DNA of 64,000 bases from a virus. This document shows positions 40,483-50,254 of the stretch, piece after piece. The stretch lies in the IMG/VR virus record IMGVR_UViG_3300013131_000021; one strand, 5' to 3'. Each line of letters begins with the position of its first letter. Position 1 is the first letter of the stretch. The notes under the pieces were generated by a model. That model searched no databases and was not told the origin of the DNA. It worked only from the letters and a program-made list of their open reading frames with translations. The translations under genes and the position numbers were made by a program.

Positions 40483-40823
40483 TTGCAGGAAAAGTTTGGG
40501 GTCAAACTGAATTATTAGAAGCCAACGGTGTTTTAGAATTTCACCGAATTGATATTAAAAAAGGTGGAGTTTGTTCTAAGCACAGACATAAATTTAAATG
40601 GAACGGTTTCTTTGTAGAAAAAGGAGCCTTGGTTATTAGAGTATGGAAAAATAATTACGAGCTGATAGACGAAACGGTATTAATGGATGGTATGTACACC
40701 AAGGTGGCTCCTGGAGAATATCACCAATTTGAGGCGTTAGAAGATACTGTGGCATTCGAATTATATTGGGCAGAATTTGATCACGAAGACATAGAAAGAG
40801 AAAACGTAGGATACACAAAATGA
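40479..40823 (+). CDS. Cupin sugar isomerase/epimerase-like protein
   Basis: KVWG, CSKHRH..K.N.F.V..G and PGEYHQF cupin motifs. Confidence 0.7.
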   Translation: MIAGKVWGQTELLEANGVLEFHRIDIKKGGVCSKHRHKFKWNGFFVEKGALVIRVWKNNYELIDETVLMDGMYTKVAPGEYHQFEALEDTVAFELYWAEFDHEDIERENVGYTK

Positions 40824-41509
40824 ATAAAAAATTATCTAATCCGGCAATGAAAGCAGTTTTATATCATGCCGATGCTCATTTCGGGCTAAGGCACGGTAAA
40901 GGTATTTACAAACACCTCATAGAAGAATTAAGAAAAAATCTTCATAGTTTTAATGTTTCATTGATTCATATAACAGTGACCGGTCATGAAGGCTGGGGCG
41001 ATGAAAATTACTTCTATGATGTAGAAAACGTACAAGAAGTAATTTACAACAGAGAAAAGTGTCTTTTAGAATTTATGAGAAGGGATGCAGACGATACTAC
41101 GATATATTGGTTTTGTGAACCAGATTTTAGAATGTTGAATCCTTTTCCTCCATTGACCACTGACCTGTGTATGTTATACCGTCAGGATCCTATGCCTATG
41201 ACACCGGCATGGCGATTAGCAAAAAAATCTGCTCTACCTATTTTTGAAGAATCATTCAAACACTTTGATATGACTCATAAAGAGTGGCACGGTGACAGTC
41301 CAGCGTGGATTGAGATCCACAGACAATTAGGTAGTCCACAATCAGTAGGACTTTTTAAATGGAACAATCTCGACGTAGAACTTCGTCCCTACGGTTGGTA
41401 TGCATCAAGACATAAATGCAGATATTCAGGACAATGGAAAGGTGGACATAAACGCAACATTGTCACCCAAGAATATTTAGACTGGTTAAAAACACAGGAG
41501 GCCCAATGA
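40820..41509 (+). CDS. Hypothetical protein, possible sugar transferase
   Basis: 229 aa, EPD acidic motif; embedded in the glycan locus. Confidence 0.45.
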   Translation: MNKKLSNPAMKAVLYHADAHFGLRHGKGIYKHLIEELRKNLHSFNVSLIHITVTGHEGWGDENYFYDVENVQEVIYNREKCLLEFMRRDADDTTIYWFCEPDFRMLNPFPPLTTDLCMLYRQDPMPMTPAWRLAKKSALPIFEESFKHFDMTHKEWHGDSPAWIEIHRQLGSPQSVGLFKWNNLDVELRPYGWYASRHKCRYSGQWKGGHKRNIVTQEYLDWLKTQEAQ

Positions 41510-42282
41510 AGGTAGGAATAATAGGTTACGGTTGGATAGGCAAAGCTACTAAAAGATTGTTTCCTGATGCACAAATTTATGACAAATATCAAAGTAATTT
41601 TAACAAATCTCTAGAGAACTGCGATATCGCATTTTTAGCGGTACCCACACCTTGGGTAGGTGGCACTGAACTAGACTGTTCTGCTGTAGAAGATGCCATA
41701 GAACATTGTGGTTGTGATTTTATCGTGATTAGGTCAGCAACACAGCCAGGATTCGCTGATAAGATGGCAAAAAAATTTCCTAATAAAAGAATTGTCGTAC
41801 AACCAGAATACCTAGGTGAAACACCCAACCACCCATTCCTTGCGATGGAGTCAAGGCAGTTTATGGTCATAGGCGGAGATCCTCGGGATCGAAGAAAAGT
41901 AATTGAGTGTTACCAACAGGCATATAACGCTAATGTATCAATTAGACAAGTTTCAAGATTAGAAGCAGAAATAATTAAATTCAGCGAGAATAGAGCAATT
42001 TTTTATAAAGTGATACAATGTCAAGAATTGTATGATGCTTGCGAGGCAGCCGGAGTAGATTATTATACAGTGAGAGAGGCAGTATACGGAGATGATCCTA
42101 GAATGAATCTCTGGTGGACTTTTGTATATCCTGATAAACGAGGTGCAAATAGCAAATGTATTCCTAAAGATGTTTATGCTTGGTGTGCATGGGCAGAAAG
42201 CGTGGGAATAGATCCGGCAGCAACTAAGTCTCTGCTTGCTTACAACGAAGAATTATTGAATAAAGGTAAAGATCATGTCTAA
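41506..42282 (+). CDS. UDP-glucose/GDP-mannose dehydrogenase family (no C-terminal domain)
   Basis: GYGWIG Rossmann, AVPTP, QPEYL.E, AEIIK..EN and catalytic KCIPKD motifs. Confidence 0.8.
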   Translation: MKVGIIGYGWIGKATKRLFPDAQIYDKYQSNFNKSLENCDIAFLAVPTPWVGGTELDCSAVEDAIEHCGCDFIVIRSATQPGFADKMAKKFPNKRIVVQPEYLGETPNHPFLAMESRQFMVIGGDPRDRRKVIECYQQAYNANVSIRQVSRLEAEIIKFSENRAIFYKVIQCQELYDACEAAGVDYYTVREAVYGDDPRMNLWWTFVYPDKRGANSKCIPKDVYAWCAWAESVGIDPAATKSLLAYNEELLNKGKDHV

Positions 42283-43141
42283 AAAAGGAAACACAGAAGA
42301 AACTAGGTTAATTACACTAGAAGAGTTTAAGACACATCTATCAAATCTAGGCAACGAAGGTAGCGGTGTTGTAGTTAGAGATGACGGGGATTTCTCTTTT
42401 GGATTTAATTGGTTAGACTTTGTTAAAACACGCATGGGAGAAGATATCATCTCCATGCATGTGAACAATCTAAACGAACTGTATGGCCAAATTGGTGTAT
42501 CTTTGCAGGGAAAATCTTTATTTGATATCGGATGTGGATCAGGATTAAGTTCTCTTTCTTTTGCTAGACTAGGCTGCAATAAAATAACCAGCATGGATAT
42601 CGATCCATATTCTGTTCAAGCTACAGAGTTTACTAAAAAGAATTTTTGGAAAGGTAATGGGCTTGATTGGAATGTCTATCAACATAGTATTCTAGACGAA
42701 ACAATGCTGGTACCAGATAACTCCCACGATATCGTTTACTCGTGGGGTGTATTACACCATACAGGAGATATGTGGAACGCAATTCGTAACAGTGTAAGAG
42801 CTGTAAAACCGGGTGGATTATTTCATGTAGCTCTATATAGGTCTGGATCTAAATTTCCCAAATCGTTAGATGAAAAACATAGATTTAAATATGCAAACAA
42901 AGAAGAAAAAATTCAAATGCTCTATGATAGAGCAGGACAAAAAATCTTTAGTGTGAAAAAAGGTAGAGGCATGAATAAGTTCCACGATGCCCTTGATTGG
43001 CTCGGTGGACTGCCTTATGATGTAGCCGATCCTGAAGTATTATTCAGTTGGCTCAAAGACAAGTATGGATTTAAGGTATTGTATTTTCAAGACAGAAATG
43101 GTGGCGGGAACTTTACCGGAATACTGAAAAAAGGAGATTAA
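42275..43141 (+). CDS. Class I SAM-dependent methyltransferase
   Basis: LFDIGCGSGLSS, DIVYSWGVLHHTG and KPGG motifs. Confidence 0.85.
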   Translation: MSKKGNTEETRLITLEEFKTHLSNLGNEGSGVVVRDDGDFSFGFNWLDFVKTRMGEDIISMHVNNLNELYGQIGVSLQGKSLFDIGCGSGLSSLSFARLGCNKITSMDIDPYSVQATEFTKKNFWKGNGLDWNVYQHSILDETMLVPDNSHDIVYSWGVLHHTGDMWNAIRNSVRAVKPGGLFHVALYRSGSKFPKSLDEKHRFKYANKEEKIQMLYDRAGQKIFSVKKGRGMNKFHDALDWLGGLPYDVADPEVLFSWLKDKYGFKVLYFQDRNGGGNFTGILKKGD

Positions 43142-43142
43142 A

Positions 43143-43706
43143 ATGAAATTAACCGTGGTATTAGATGAAAGTAAGCCTCACCTAGGAGGGAATTCAGTAG
43201 AATGTAATCCGAATACATTTAGTCCTGATTCGTGGTCATATGTTATCAACAAATACAATATTAAGTCTGTGTTAGATGTTGGCAGCGGATATGGTCATGC
43301 AGCTAAGTGGTTTGCAGAACAAGGTTTAAAGTCAATAGCCATAGAAGGCCTACAGAAAAATGTAGACAATGCTATCTATCCAACAACTAAAGTTGATTTA
43401 ACGGAAAGTAGCTACAGAACAGAAGTAGACATGGTACATTGTGTTGAAGTAGTAGAACATGTCGATGGAAAATATGTTCACAATGTTTTAGATACACTTT
43501 GCAACGGAAAATATATTTTTATGACTCACGGTCAACCGGGACAAAGAGGTCATCATCATGTTAATAATCAACCAACTTCGTATTGGATCGATCATCTCGC
43601 TGCAAGAGGTTATAAACATTTGGAACAAGACAGCGTAGAAATTAAAAAATTATCAGGCACAGGTAAGCACATTAGAGAAACGGGCATGTTGTTCGTAAAG
43701 ATTTAA
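43143..43706 (+). CDS. Class I SAM-dependent methyltransferase
   Basis: VLDVGSGYG, VEVVEH and PGQRGHHHVN motifs. Confidence 0.8.
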   Translation: MKLTVVLDESKPHLGGNSVECNPNTFSPDSWSYVINKYNIKSVLDVGSGYGHAAKWFAEQGLKSIAIEGLQKNVDNAIYPTTKVDLTESSYRTEVDMVHCVEVVEHVDGKYVHNVLDTLCNGKYIFMTHGQPGQRGHHHVNNQPTSYWIDHLAARGYKHLEQDSVEIKKLSGTGKHIRETGMLFVKI

Positions 43707-43708
43707 TT

Positions 43709-44314
43709 ATGGCACTTAAAAAAATGTATATAGATTTTATTGAATCTAATATTAAAAAAGTTTTTGATTCGACTAACGGCCGAAATATGTTAGAATTAGG
43801 TAATCAAAAGATAAAAAAGAAACAAGGATACATAGAAAGCACTGGTAAAGAATATTTCTCTAACATAGGTTATAATCATGTATCAGTGGATTTAAATGGT
43901 TTTAGCGGCGCTCTTGTTAAAGATTTAAGAAATCCGAATGATTTTAAGGAATGGCAAGATTTTTTTGATGTTCTAACCAATTCTGGTACAACTGAACATG
44001 TTGAACCATTTGAAACTCAATACGATTGCTATAAAATTTTGCATGATGTTGTGAAACCGGGGGGCGTATTTGTTCATCTTATACCAGACGTAGTTGAAAG
44101 AGATACTAACGGAGCTTGGTTGAATCATTGTTATTTTTATTATTCTAAAGAATTTTTTGACATGTTAGCTAAAGAATGTAATTACAAATTATTAGATAAT
44201 ACGATAATTGACAATTTAAGGTGTGCTGCCTTACAGAAACAAAACGACTCTCCATTTATGACTGATAAGTCTTTATTCTTATCTCATATAGAGCAGAGAA
44301 ATTTAGTAAAATAA
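43709..44314 (+). CDS. SAM-dependent methyltransferase-like protein
   Basis: MLELG, VDLN, GTTEHVE and VKPGG motifs. Confidence 0.7.
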   Translation: MALKKMYIDFIESNIKKVFDSTNGRNMLELGNQKIKKKQGYIESTGKEYFSNIGYNHVSVDLNGFSGALVKDLRNPNDFKEWQDFFDVLTNSGTTEHVEPFETQYDCYKILHDVVKPGGVFVHLIPDVVERDTNGAWLNHCYFYYSKEFFDMLAKECNYKLLDNTIIDNLRCAALQKQNDSPFMTDKSLFLSHIEQRNLVK

Positions 44315-44315
44315 A

Positions 44316-45632
44316 ATGTGTGGATTTGCAGCCAGCAATAAATTAGGATTAACTACAGTAAATCGTTTTTGTCAAAGGCGGGGTCCTGATCTTACCACGT
44401 CGAAAATAATCAACGGAGTTGAATTTTTACATAATCTTTTACACATAACTGGAGACATGAAACCGCAGCCATTTATTAAAAATGACATTGTCTGCGTGTT
44501 TAATGGTGAAATCTATAATTATCAAGCATTTGGCTCTTATGACAGCGACGGACAATGCCTAATAGATCTATATGAAAAATTAGGAGAATCGTTTGTAAAA
44601 GAATTAGACGCAGAATTCGCCATCTGTCTTATAGATTTTAAGAAAAATAAATTAATAATTTCTACGGATACCTTTGCCTGTAAACCTTTATGGTACGATT
44701 TCGTAGATAACAAATTTTGTGTAGCATCATATAACAGTCAACTTTTAGGCCTAGGTTTTAACAAAGGAAAGAAGTTAAAATCAAACACCACTGAAATTTA
44801 TGATTTAAAAAGTTTAAGATTAGTCTCATCTTATTCTAACAGAACTTTTGATATTAGACAGCATAAAAATTCTTTTGATGATTGGATTTCTGCATTTTCC
44901 AAGAGCATCGAAAAAAGAACAAAAAATACTCCTTATAAAATGTTTTGCGGAATGAGTTCTGGTTATGATAGCGGAGCTATTTCATTAGAATTGCAAAAAC
45001 AAGGCGCAAATTACAAAGCCTATACAATCTTAAATAACGAAAATTCTGATATTCTTAAAGACCGTATGAAGATCATACGTAATGTAGAAGCTTTTGAATT
45101 AAGCAGTGAAGAATTTAAAAAGTGGAAGAGAGAATTATCTGATAACTGCGAAAACTTTACCTATGACGGCTATGATATCAAAGGAGATCAAGCATCTATG
45201 GGACTATCATCTATATGTCATAGAGCAAATAGAGAAAATCGTAGAATATACTTTTCTGGCCAAGGCGCAGATGAAATAATCAGCGACTACGGATTTAGAG
45301 GTCATAAAATTTATAAGCACAGTGGCTTCGGAGGATTGTTTCCAGACCAATTAGAGAGATTTTGGCCTTGGCACAGTTTTTGGGATGGAACTCAAATTAA
45401 ATATCTTAACAAAGAAGAATATGTAGCTGGACATTTTGGGATCGAGACTAGGTACCCGTTCTTAGATGGAGATCTGGTTCAGGAATTTCTTTGGTTGACA
45501 CCTACATTAAAGAATAGCAAATATAAAAGTTGCCTAGATGAGTATCTTAAGGTGAATAATTTTCCTTATGAGGCTGGTGAAAAACGTGGATTTCACGTCA
45601 CTGAAAAAGGTGGAAAGAGTAAACGAGCATGA
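44316..45632 (+). CDS. AsnB-like glutamine amidotransferase
   Basis: N-terminal MCG nucleophile, RGPD, FNGEIYN, SSGYDS, SGQGADE and E.RYPFLD motifs. Confidence 0.85.
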   Translation: MCGFAASNKLGLTTVNRFCQRRGPDLTTSKIINGVEFLHNLLHITGDMKPQPFIKNDIVCVFNGEIYNYQAFGSYDSDGQCLIDLYEKLGESFVKELDAEFAICLIDFKKNKLIISTDTFACKPLWYDFVDNKFCVASYNSQLLGLGFNKGKKLKSNTTEIYDLKSLRLVSSYSNRTFDIRQHKNSFDDWISAFSKSIEKRTKNTPYKMFCGMSSGYDSGAISLELQKQGANYKAYTILNNENSDILKDRMKIIRNVEAFELSSEEFKKWKRELSDNCENFTYDGYDIKGDQASMGLSSICHRANRENRRIYFSGQGADEIISDYGFRGHKIYKHSGFGGLFPDQLERFWPWHSFWDGTQIKYLNKEEYVAGHFGIETRYPFLDGDLVQEFLWLTPTLKNSKYKSCLDEYLKVNNFPYEAGEKRGFHVTEKGGKSKRA

Positions 45633-46249
45633 TTAAAGTCGTTATTGCAGGAGATAAAAATTTTGAATCTTATGTTACTAAGGGAAGAGATACGACGTTG
45701 GCATTAGGTTATGAAGTATTAGTCTATGACCTTGGAGGTTTAGGTTACGGAAAACCATTTAAAGGTAGAATTAGTGAGGCTGTGAATGCTAAAATACCTT
45801 GTAAGCCTCATATCATACTGGATGCTCTAAACGATGTCAATGATAACGAATATGTGGTGTGGTTAGATGCAGATGCATTGATCATAGACAATATAGATGA
45901 AATTGAAGAAGATTATGATATCGCTGTTACTGTTAGACAACCAAAAGCAATCGAAAATACGTTACCTGTTAATGCCGGTATCGTTTTCGTGAAAAAAACA
46001 CCCAATGCGATTAAATTCATACAGGAATGGATCGATCTGTGTGATAACGATGTCAGCGATCAACCACCATTAAACAAGTTAGCATCGGTTGTCTGTGCAG
46101 ATATCGGATCAACTGTAGTACGAAATAATGTTAAAATAAAAGTCTATCCTTGTGCCACATATAATAATTTTTATTTTGCTAAAAAAGATAGACCAGGAAT
46201 TAAAATTAAGCACTACAAATCTAAATTAAGACACTTATATCCACTATGA
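45629..46249 (+). CDS. Nucleotide-diphospho-sugar transferase (GT-A)
   Basis: KP..I, VWLDADA (DxD), NAGIVF and DQPPLN motifs. Confidence 0.7.
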   Translation: MIKVVIAGDKNFESYVTKGRDTTLALGYEVLVYDLGGLGYGKPFKGRISEAVNAKIPCKPHIILDALNDVNDNEYVVWLDADALIIDNIDEIEEDYDIAVTVRQPKAIENTLPVNAGIVFVKKTPNAIKFIQEWIDLCDNDVSDQPPLNKLASVVCADIGSTVVRNNVKIKVYPCATYNNFYFAKKDRPGIKIKHYKSKLRHLYPL

Positions 46250-46833
46250 AAAAAATACTACTAGATTGCGGATCTCATTATGGTAAGGGATTACGTAAAC
46301 AAATGGAAATAAACAAAATTGATCAAACTTGGAAAGTATATTCTTGGGAAGCTAATCCTTATACCTATCAACATTTTTTAGGTAGTGATAGATTCGTACA
46401 TCTTGATCTCACAGCCTTTCATGCAGCAGTTAGTAATGAAAATGGAACGATCAAGTTTAATGTACAATCTTCGTCTGATAAAAAAGGAGGTACCGCCAAG
46501 TCCGGAACTGGATCAAGCGTTATGTCTCTAGATGAATGGCATTGTAAAGGTGGAGAATTCGTTGAAGAAGTCGAAGTCCCTAGAATAGATCTAAGTGAAT
46601 GGATCATAAAAAATCTTGAGCAAGATGATTTTATAATTCTTAAAATGGACATAGAAGGTGCAGAATATGATGTATTAGAAAAAATCGTCAATACAGATGC
46701 AATAAAATATATAGATAGAATCTATATCGAATGGCACAGTCATATGTTCAGCGATCCTGCCAAATACAAAGAAAGAGAAGATAAACTAATGACAGCGTTT
46801 AAATCATATAACATTCCCGTGGAGAATTGGTAA
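46246..46833 (+). CDS. FkbM-family methyltransferase
   Basis: LDCG, WEANP and LKMDIEGAEY motifs. Confidence 0.8.
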   Translation: MKKILLDCGSHYGKGLRKQMEINKIDQTWKVYSWEANPYTYQHFLGSDRFVHLDLTAFHAAVSNENGTIKFNVQSSSDKKGGTAKSGTGSSVMSLDEWHCKGGEFVEEVEVPRIDLSEWIIKNLEQDDFIILKMDIEGAEYDVLEKIVNTDAIKYIDRIYIEWHSHMFSDPAKYKEREDKLMTAFKSYNIPVENW

Positions 46834-47672
46834 TGAAAATTTTAATTACAGGTAATGCAGGATACATCGGATCGCATCTCAGCCAGATGCTGTTAGAAAT
46901 GAACAAATACGAAATCCACGGATTAGATAAGAAACGTCCACAGGTTTCATTGGCAAAACAATATTATCAAGATATAAGAAGTCATCAATGGGAAATGCAA
47001 GACAGTTATGATTGTATCATTCATCTAGCTGCCGAGGTAGCTGTAGGTCGAAGTGTATCAAATCCTATCCTGTACTACACAACAAATACCCAAGGTACGT
47101 TAAATGTATTAAAAAATATAACTACCAAAAGATTTGTTCACGGTAGCACAGGTTCGGCCGGACCAATGAACAATCCTTATGGTATCAGTAAACGAGGAGC
47201 AGAAGATATAGTTAAACAATATTGCACAGACAATACTATACCTTTTACTACTTTTAGGTTTTACAATGTAACTGGAACAGCAGGTTATGACCCTACCAAT
47301 CCCGACGGATTAATGTGGAACTTAATGAATGCTCAAGTTTCTGGAATTTTTAATTTGTTTGGGGATGATTATGTTACAGAGGATGGCTCTGCTGTTCGAG
47401 ATTATACTCATGTAAATGAAATTTGTAATTCATTAGCACAGGCGATAGATCAAAGCACGGATCAGATCGAAAATCTAGGACACGGAGTAGGTACCACAGT
47501 TAAACAGATGGTTGACCTATATAAAAAAGTAAACCAATGTGAATTTGAAGTAAAAGTTTGTCCTAGAAGAGAAGGTGATTTAGAACGAAGTGTGCTTGAC
47601 AACCCAAGCAAATTTATGCAAAAATTATATACGATGGAAGATTTACTGAAAGTCGATAAATGGGTACCTTGA
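46833..47672 (+). CDS. NAD-dependent sugar epimerase (GalE-like)
   Basis: TGNAGYIGS, IHLAA, YGISK (YxxxK), RFYNV.G and RDYTHV motifs. Confidence 0.88.
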   Translation: MKILITGNAGYIGSHLSQMLLEMNKYEIHGLDKKRPQVSLAKQYYQDIRSHQWEMQDSYDCIIHLAAEVAVGRSVSNPILYYTTNTQGTLNVLKNITTKRFVHGSTGSAGPMNNPYGISKRGAEDIVKQYCTDNTIPFTTFRFYNVTGTAGYDPTNPDGLMWNLMNAQVSGIFNLFGDDYVTEDGSAVRDYTHVNEICNSLAQAIDQSTDQIENLGHGVGTTVKQMVDLYKKVNQCEFEVKVCPRREGDLERSVLDNPSKFMQKLYTMEDLLKVDKWVP

Positions 47673-47923
47673 AATCAAATCAAAAAATTATCTATGAAAG
47701 TCCCGATAACGGCGGAACCATTTACGGACGATATGCCGGATCAAATGAAAGATGGATAGTTGGCTATTCTGAAGAAAAAAAATCTATGCTTGAATCTATT
47801 AAAGAAGATAAACTATGGGGAGAGATCAGAAGAGCTGCGAAAAAAGATTCAAGGTTGCAATTAGAATTAGATCGTGTTAAACTTATATACGAACTAAGTA
47901 AAAAATCTATAAATGATGAATGA
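47660..47923 (+). CDS. Hypothetical protein
   Basis: 87 aa, YESPD.G.TIY motif. Confidence 0.55.
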   Translation: MGTLKSNQKIIYESPDNGGTIYGRYAGSNERWIVGYSEEKKSMLESIKEDKLWGEIRRAAKKDSRLQLELDRVKLIYELSKKSINDE

Positions 47924-48380
47924 TGAATTGAAATTAAAAGATGTACTGGCCGCTGTCGATTTAGATGGAAAAGAAGCATGGGACGAATTAACTGATAGCC
48001 AGAAAAAAAGTGTAACATTTTTTACCCTAAATCGTTATATTTCTAATGTGCAAGGATCAAGAGAACTAAAAGAACATTATCTATTAGTTGGTAATGAAAG
48101 ATTTAATAAAAATCTGTTCGCAATAATGAGCAAACACCCAAAGCTCACATGGCAACTTGCCTGTAGTTGTAGTCATGAAAGTCGTAAAATTCAACATCAT
48201 GAATGGTTGCCATTAAAAAAAGAAAAAAATAAAAAAGTTGAATTTCTAGCAGAGCTATTTCCAAATACAAAAAGGTCAGATATTGAGACACTTGCTACAA
48301 TCACCACAGACAAAGAAATCAAACAATACTGTGAAAACCTCGGCTGGGATAAGAAACAGATCAATGGAATTAAACTTTAA
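47913..48380 (+). CDS. Clamp-loader small subunit (gp62-like)
   Basis: F.LNRYIS, N.RFN and HPKL.WQL helical pattern; replication context. Confidence 0.55.
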   Translation: MMNDELKLKDVLAAVDLDGKEAWDELTDSQKKSVTFFTLNRYISNVQGSRELKEHYLLVGNERFNKNLFAIMSKHPKLTWQLACSCSHESRKIQHHEWLPLKKEKNKKVEFLAELFPNTKRSDIETLATITTDKEIKQYCENLGWDKKQINGIKL

Positions 48381-49047
48381 ATGTGAATTTTGCGGAAAAT
48401 TTTTCGCTAAAGAAAAAACCTTATTTGTACATATATGTGAACAAAAGCGAAGACATCTAAGCAAAAATGAGAAACATGTACAAATGGGATTAATAACATT
48501 TCAAAGATTTTTTGAAATTACACAGAAAGCAAAAAATAAAAAAACATTTGACGAATTTGCAGTTAGTCCTTATTACACAGCATTTGTAAAATTTGGTAGT
48601 TTTTTAGTAAACACTGCACCAATTTATCCTGAGAGATTTATTGATTTTGTAATTAAAAGTGGTGTGAAATTAGATCATTGGTGTAGAGATGATTTGTATA
48701 ATGTGTATGTTATGGAATTAATAAAAATTGAACCTGCAGACGGAGCAATACAAAGAACTATTAATACTATGATGGAATGGGCGGAAAAAAACGATAGTGT
48801 ATGGGAACATTATTTTGCATATGTAAATTTAAATAGAGCTACTCACGATATTAAAGAGGGTTTAATAAGTCCGTGGGTGTTGTTAAATACCAAAGCTGGT
48901 AAAGAAATGTTGCAAAAGATGAATGATGAGCAACTCGAGATAATTGGACAAATAATAGATCCCGCATATTGGATGAAAAAATTTAAATCGTCTCCGGCCG
49001 ATTTAGAATTAGTTAAAGATATCGTCAAGGAGGCTAAAATAATATAA
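48364..49047 (+). CDS. Zinc-finger-containing hypothetical protein
   Basis: CEFCGK.F..E..L..HIC C2HC finger at the N-terminus. Confidence 0.6.
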   Translation: MELNFKCEFCGKFFAKEKTLFVHICEQKRRHLSKNEKHVQMGLITFQRFFEITQKAKNKKTFDEFAVSPYYTAFVKFGSFLVNTAPIYPERFIDFVIKSGVKLDHWCRDDLYNVYVMELIKIEPADGAIQRTINTMMEWAEKNDSVWEHYFAYVNLNRATHDIKEGLISPWVLLNTKAGKEMLQKMNDEQLEIIGQIIDPAYWMKKFKSSPADLELVKDIVKEAKII

Positions 49048-49277
49048 TGCCTAAGAAAAGACCCGAACCGGAAATTGTATACGAAGATTTAAAAGACAAC
49101 GAAGAATTTATTTCTAGAGACGATATCGACATTGAAGTCATGTCTACCACAGATGACGAACCAGCAGTATATGTTAAATTTACAGGATTTGATGATGCTG
49201 AAGATGCTGAAGATTATGCAAATTTTTTAGCCGAAACATTACCATTATTATTATTTGAAAGCACGAGATTACAATAG
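49047..49277 (+). CDS. Hypothetical acidic protein
   Basis: 76 aa, coupled. Confidence 0.55.
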   Translation: MPKKRPEPEIVYEDLKDNEEFISRDDIDIEVMSTTDDEPAVYVKFTGFDDAEDAEDYANFLAETLPLLLFESTRLQ

Positions 49278-49278
49278 T

Positions 49279-49857
49279 ATGCCTGATATAGATATAGATT
49301 TTATTGATAGAGATGTAGCCTTAAAACATTTCAAACATATAGCGGCTAGCAGATCTGAAAATGATAATTTGGTTAAACATAATACAGGTGTATATCTTCA
49401 TTCTGTTCCAATTAATGCAGAAAAAAATGTATGTGCAGTTCCCTATAACGAAGCGGAAGAACTTGGATTTTTTAAAATAGATTTTCTTAACGTAGGAATC
49501 TATAAAGGAATCAGAGATGAAAATCATCTGGTTGAATTAATGAATAAGGAACCACTATGGGAACTTCTAGATCAAGACGAGTTCATCAACTTGCTCTTTC
49601 ACGTAAACGGGCATGGTTCTATATTACGACAAATGAAACCCAAAACAGTGGAACAATTGGCAGCGATACTAGCGATGATCCGGCCAGCCAAACGTTATCT
49701 AGTTGGCAAGAACTGGTCGACCGTATTGAACGAGGTTTGGACAAAACCAGGAAACGATGAATATTATTTTAAGAAAAGTCACGCAACTGCCTATGCTGTT
49801 GCTATTGTGGTCCAAATGAATTTAATCTGCGAACAAATAAGTTATGAGTATTTCTAA
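49279..49857 (+). CDS. Miniature DNA polymerase III alpha (DnaE)-like catalytic core
   Basis: PDIDIDF, HNTGV, FKIDFL, LAMIRP and FKKSHATAY motifs in only 192 aa. Confidence 0.75.
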   Translation: MPDIDIDFIDRDVALKHFKHIAASRSENDNLVKHNTGVYLHSVPINAEKNVCAVPYNEAEELGFFKIDFLNVGIYKGIRDENHLVELMNKEPLWELLDQDEFINLLFHVNGHGSILRQMKPKTVEQLAAILAMIRPAKRYLVGKNWSTVLNEVWTKPGNDEYYFKKSHATAYAVAIVVQMNLICEQISYEYF

Positions 49858-50225
49858 CTTGGTTTCCTAATTAAGGTAATTGATTTTCTTTTTATTCTTT
49901 TTACAATAATATCATTTAAACTTGTACAAGGGCCGTGTATTAATTTTACATCCTTTGTGCTAAAATTTTTAATTACGTATTTAAATTCTACTATTTCTCT
50001 AGCTAAAAATATGTTTATAGGAATCTGTCTATTAGATTCCCACCACCAAGCTTCTCCTAGTTCTAAGAATCTTTGTTTTTCCATATCAGAACGTATTGCT
50101 GAATAGTCATAAAGACTCGTCACTTGCGCATCCTGATTAATTATGATGCCTACATACTCTTGATTTACATGAGTAATTACGCTTATGAACGGAAGATTTT
50201 CTTGTAGATTTTGTGTTATTCTCAT
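49854..50225 (-). CDS. Hypothetical protein
   Basis: 123 aa, WWWESN..IPINIF motif. Confidence 0.6.
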   Translation of the reverse strand: MRITQNLQENLPFISVITHVNQEYVGIIINQDAQVTSLYDYSAIRSDMEKQRFLELGEAWWWESNRQIPINIFLAREIVEFKYVIKNFSTKDVKLIHGPCTSLNDIIVKRIKRKSITLIRKPS

Positions 50226-50254
50226 TCGATAAATAAAGCTAAAGGTCCGACAAA

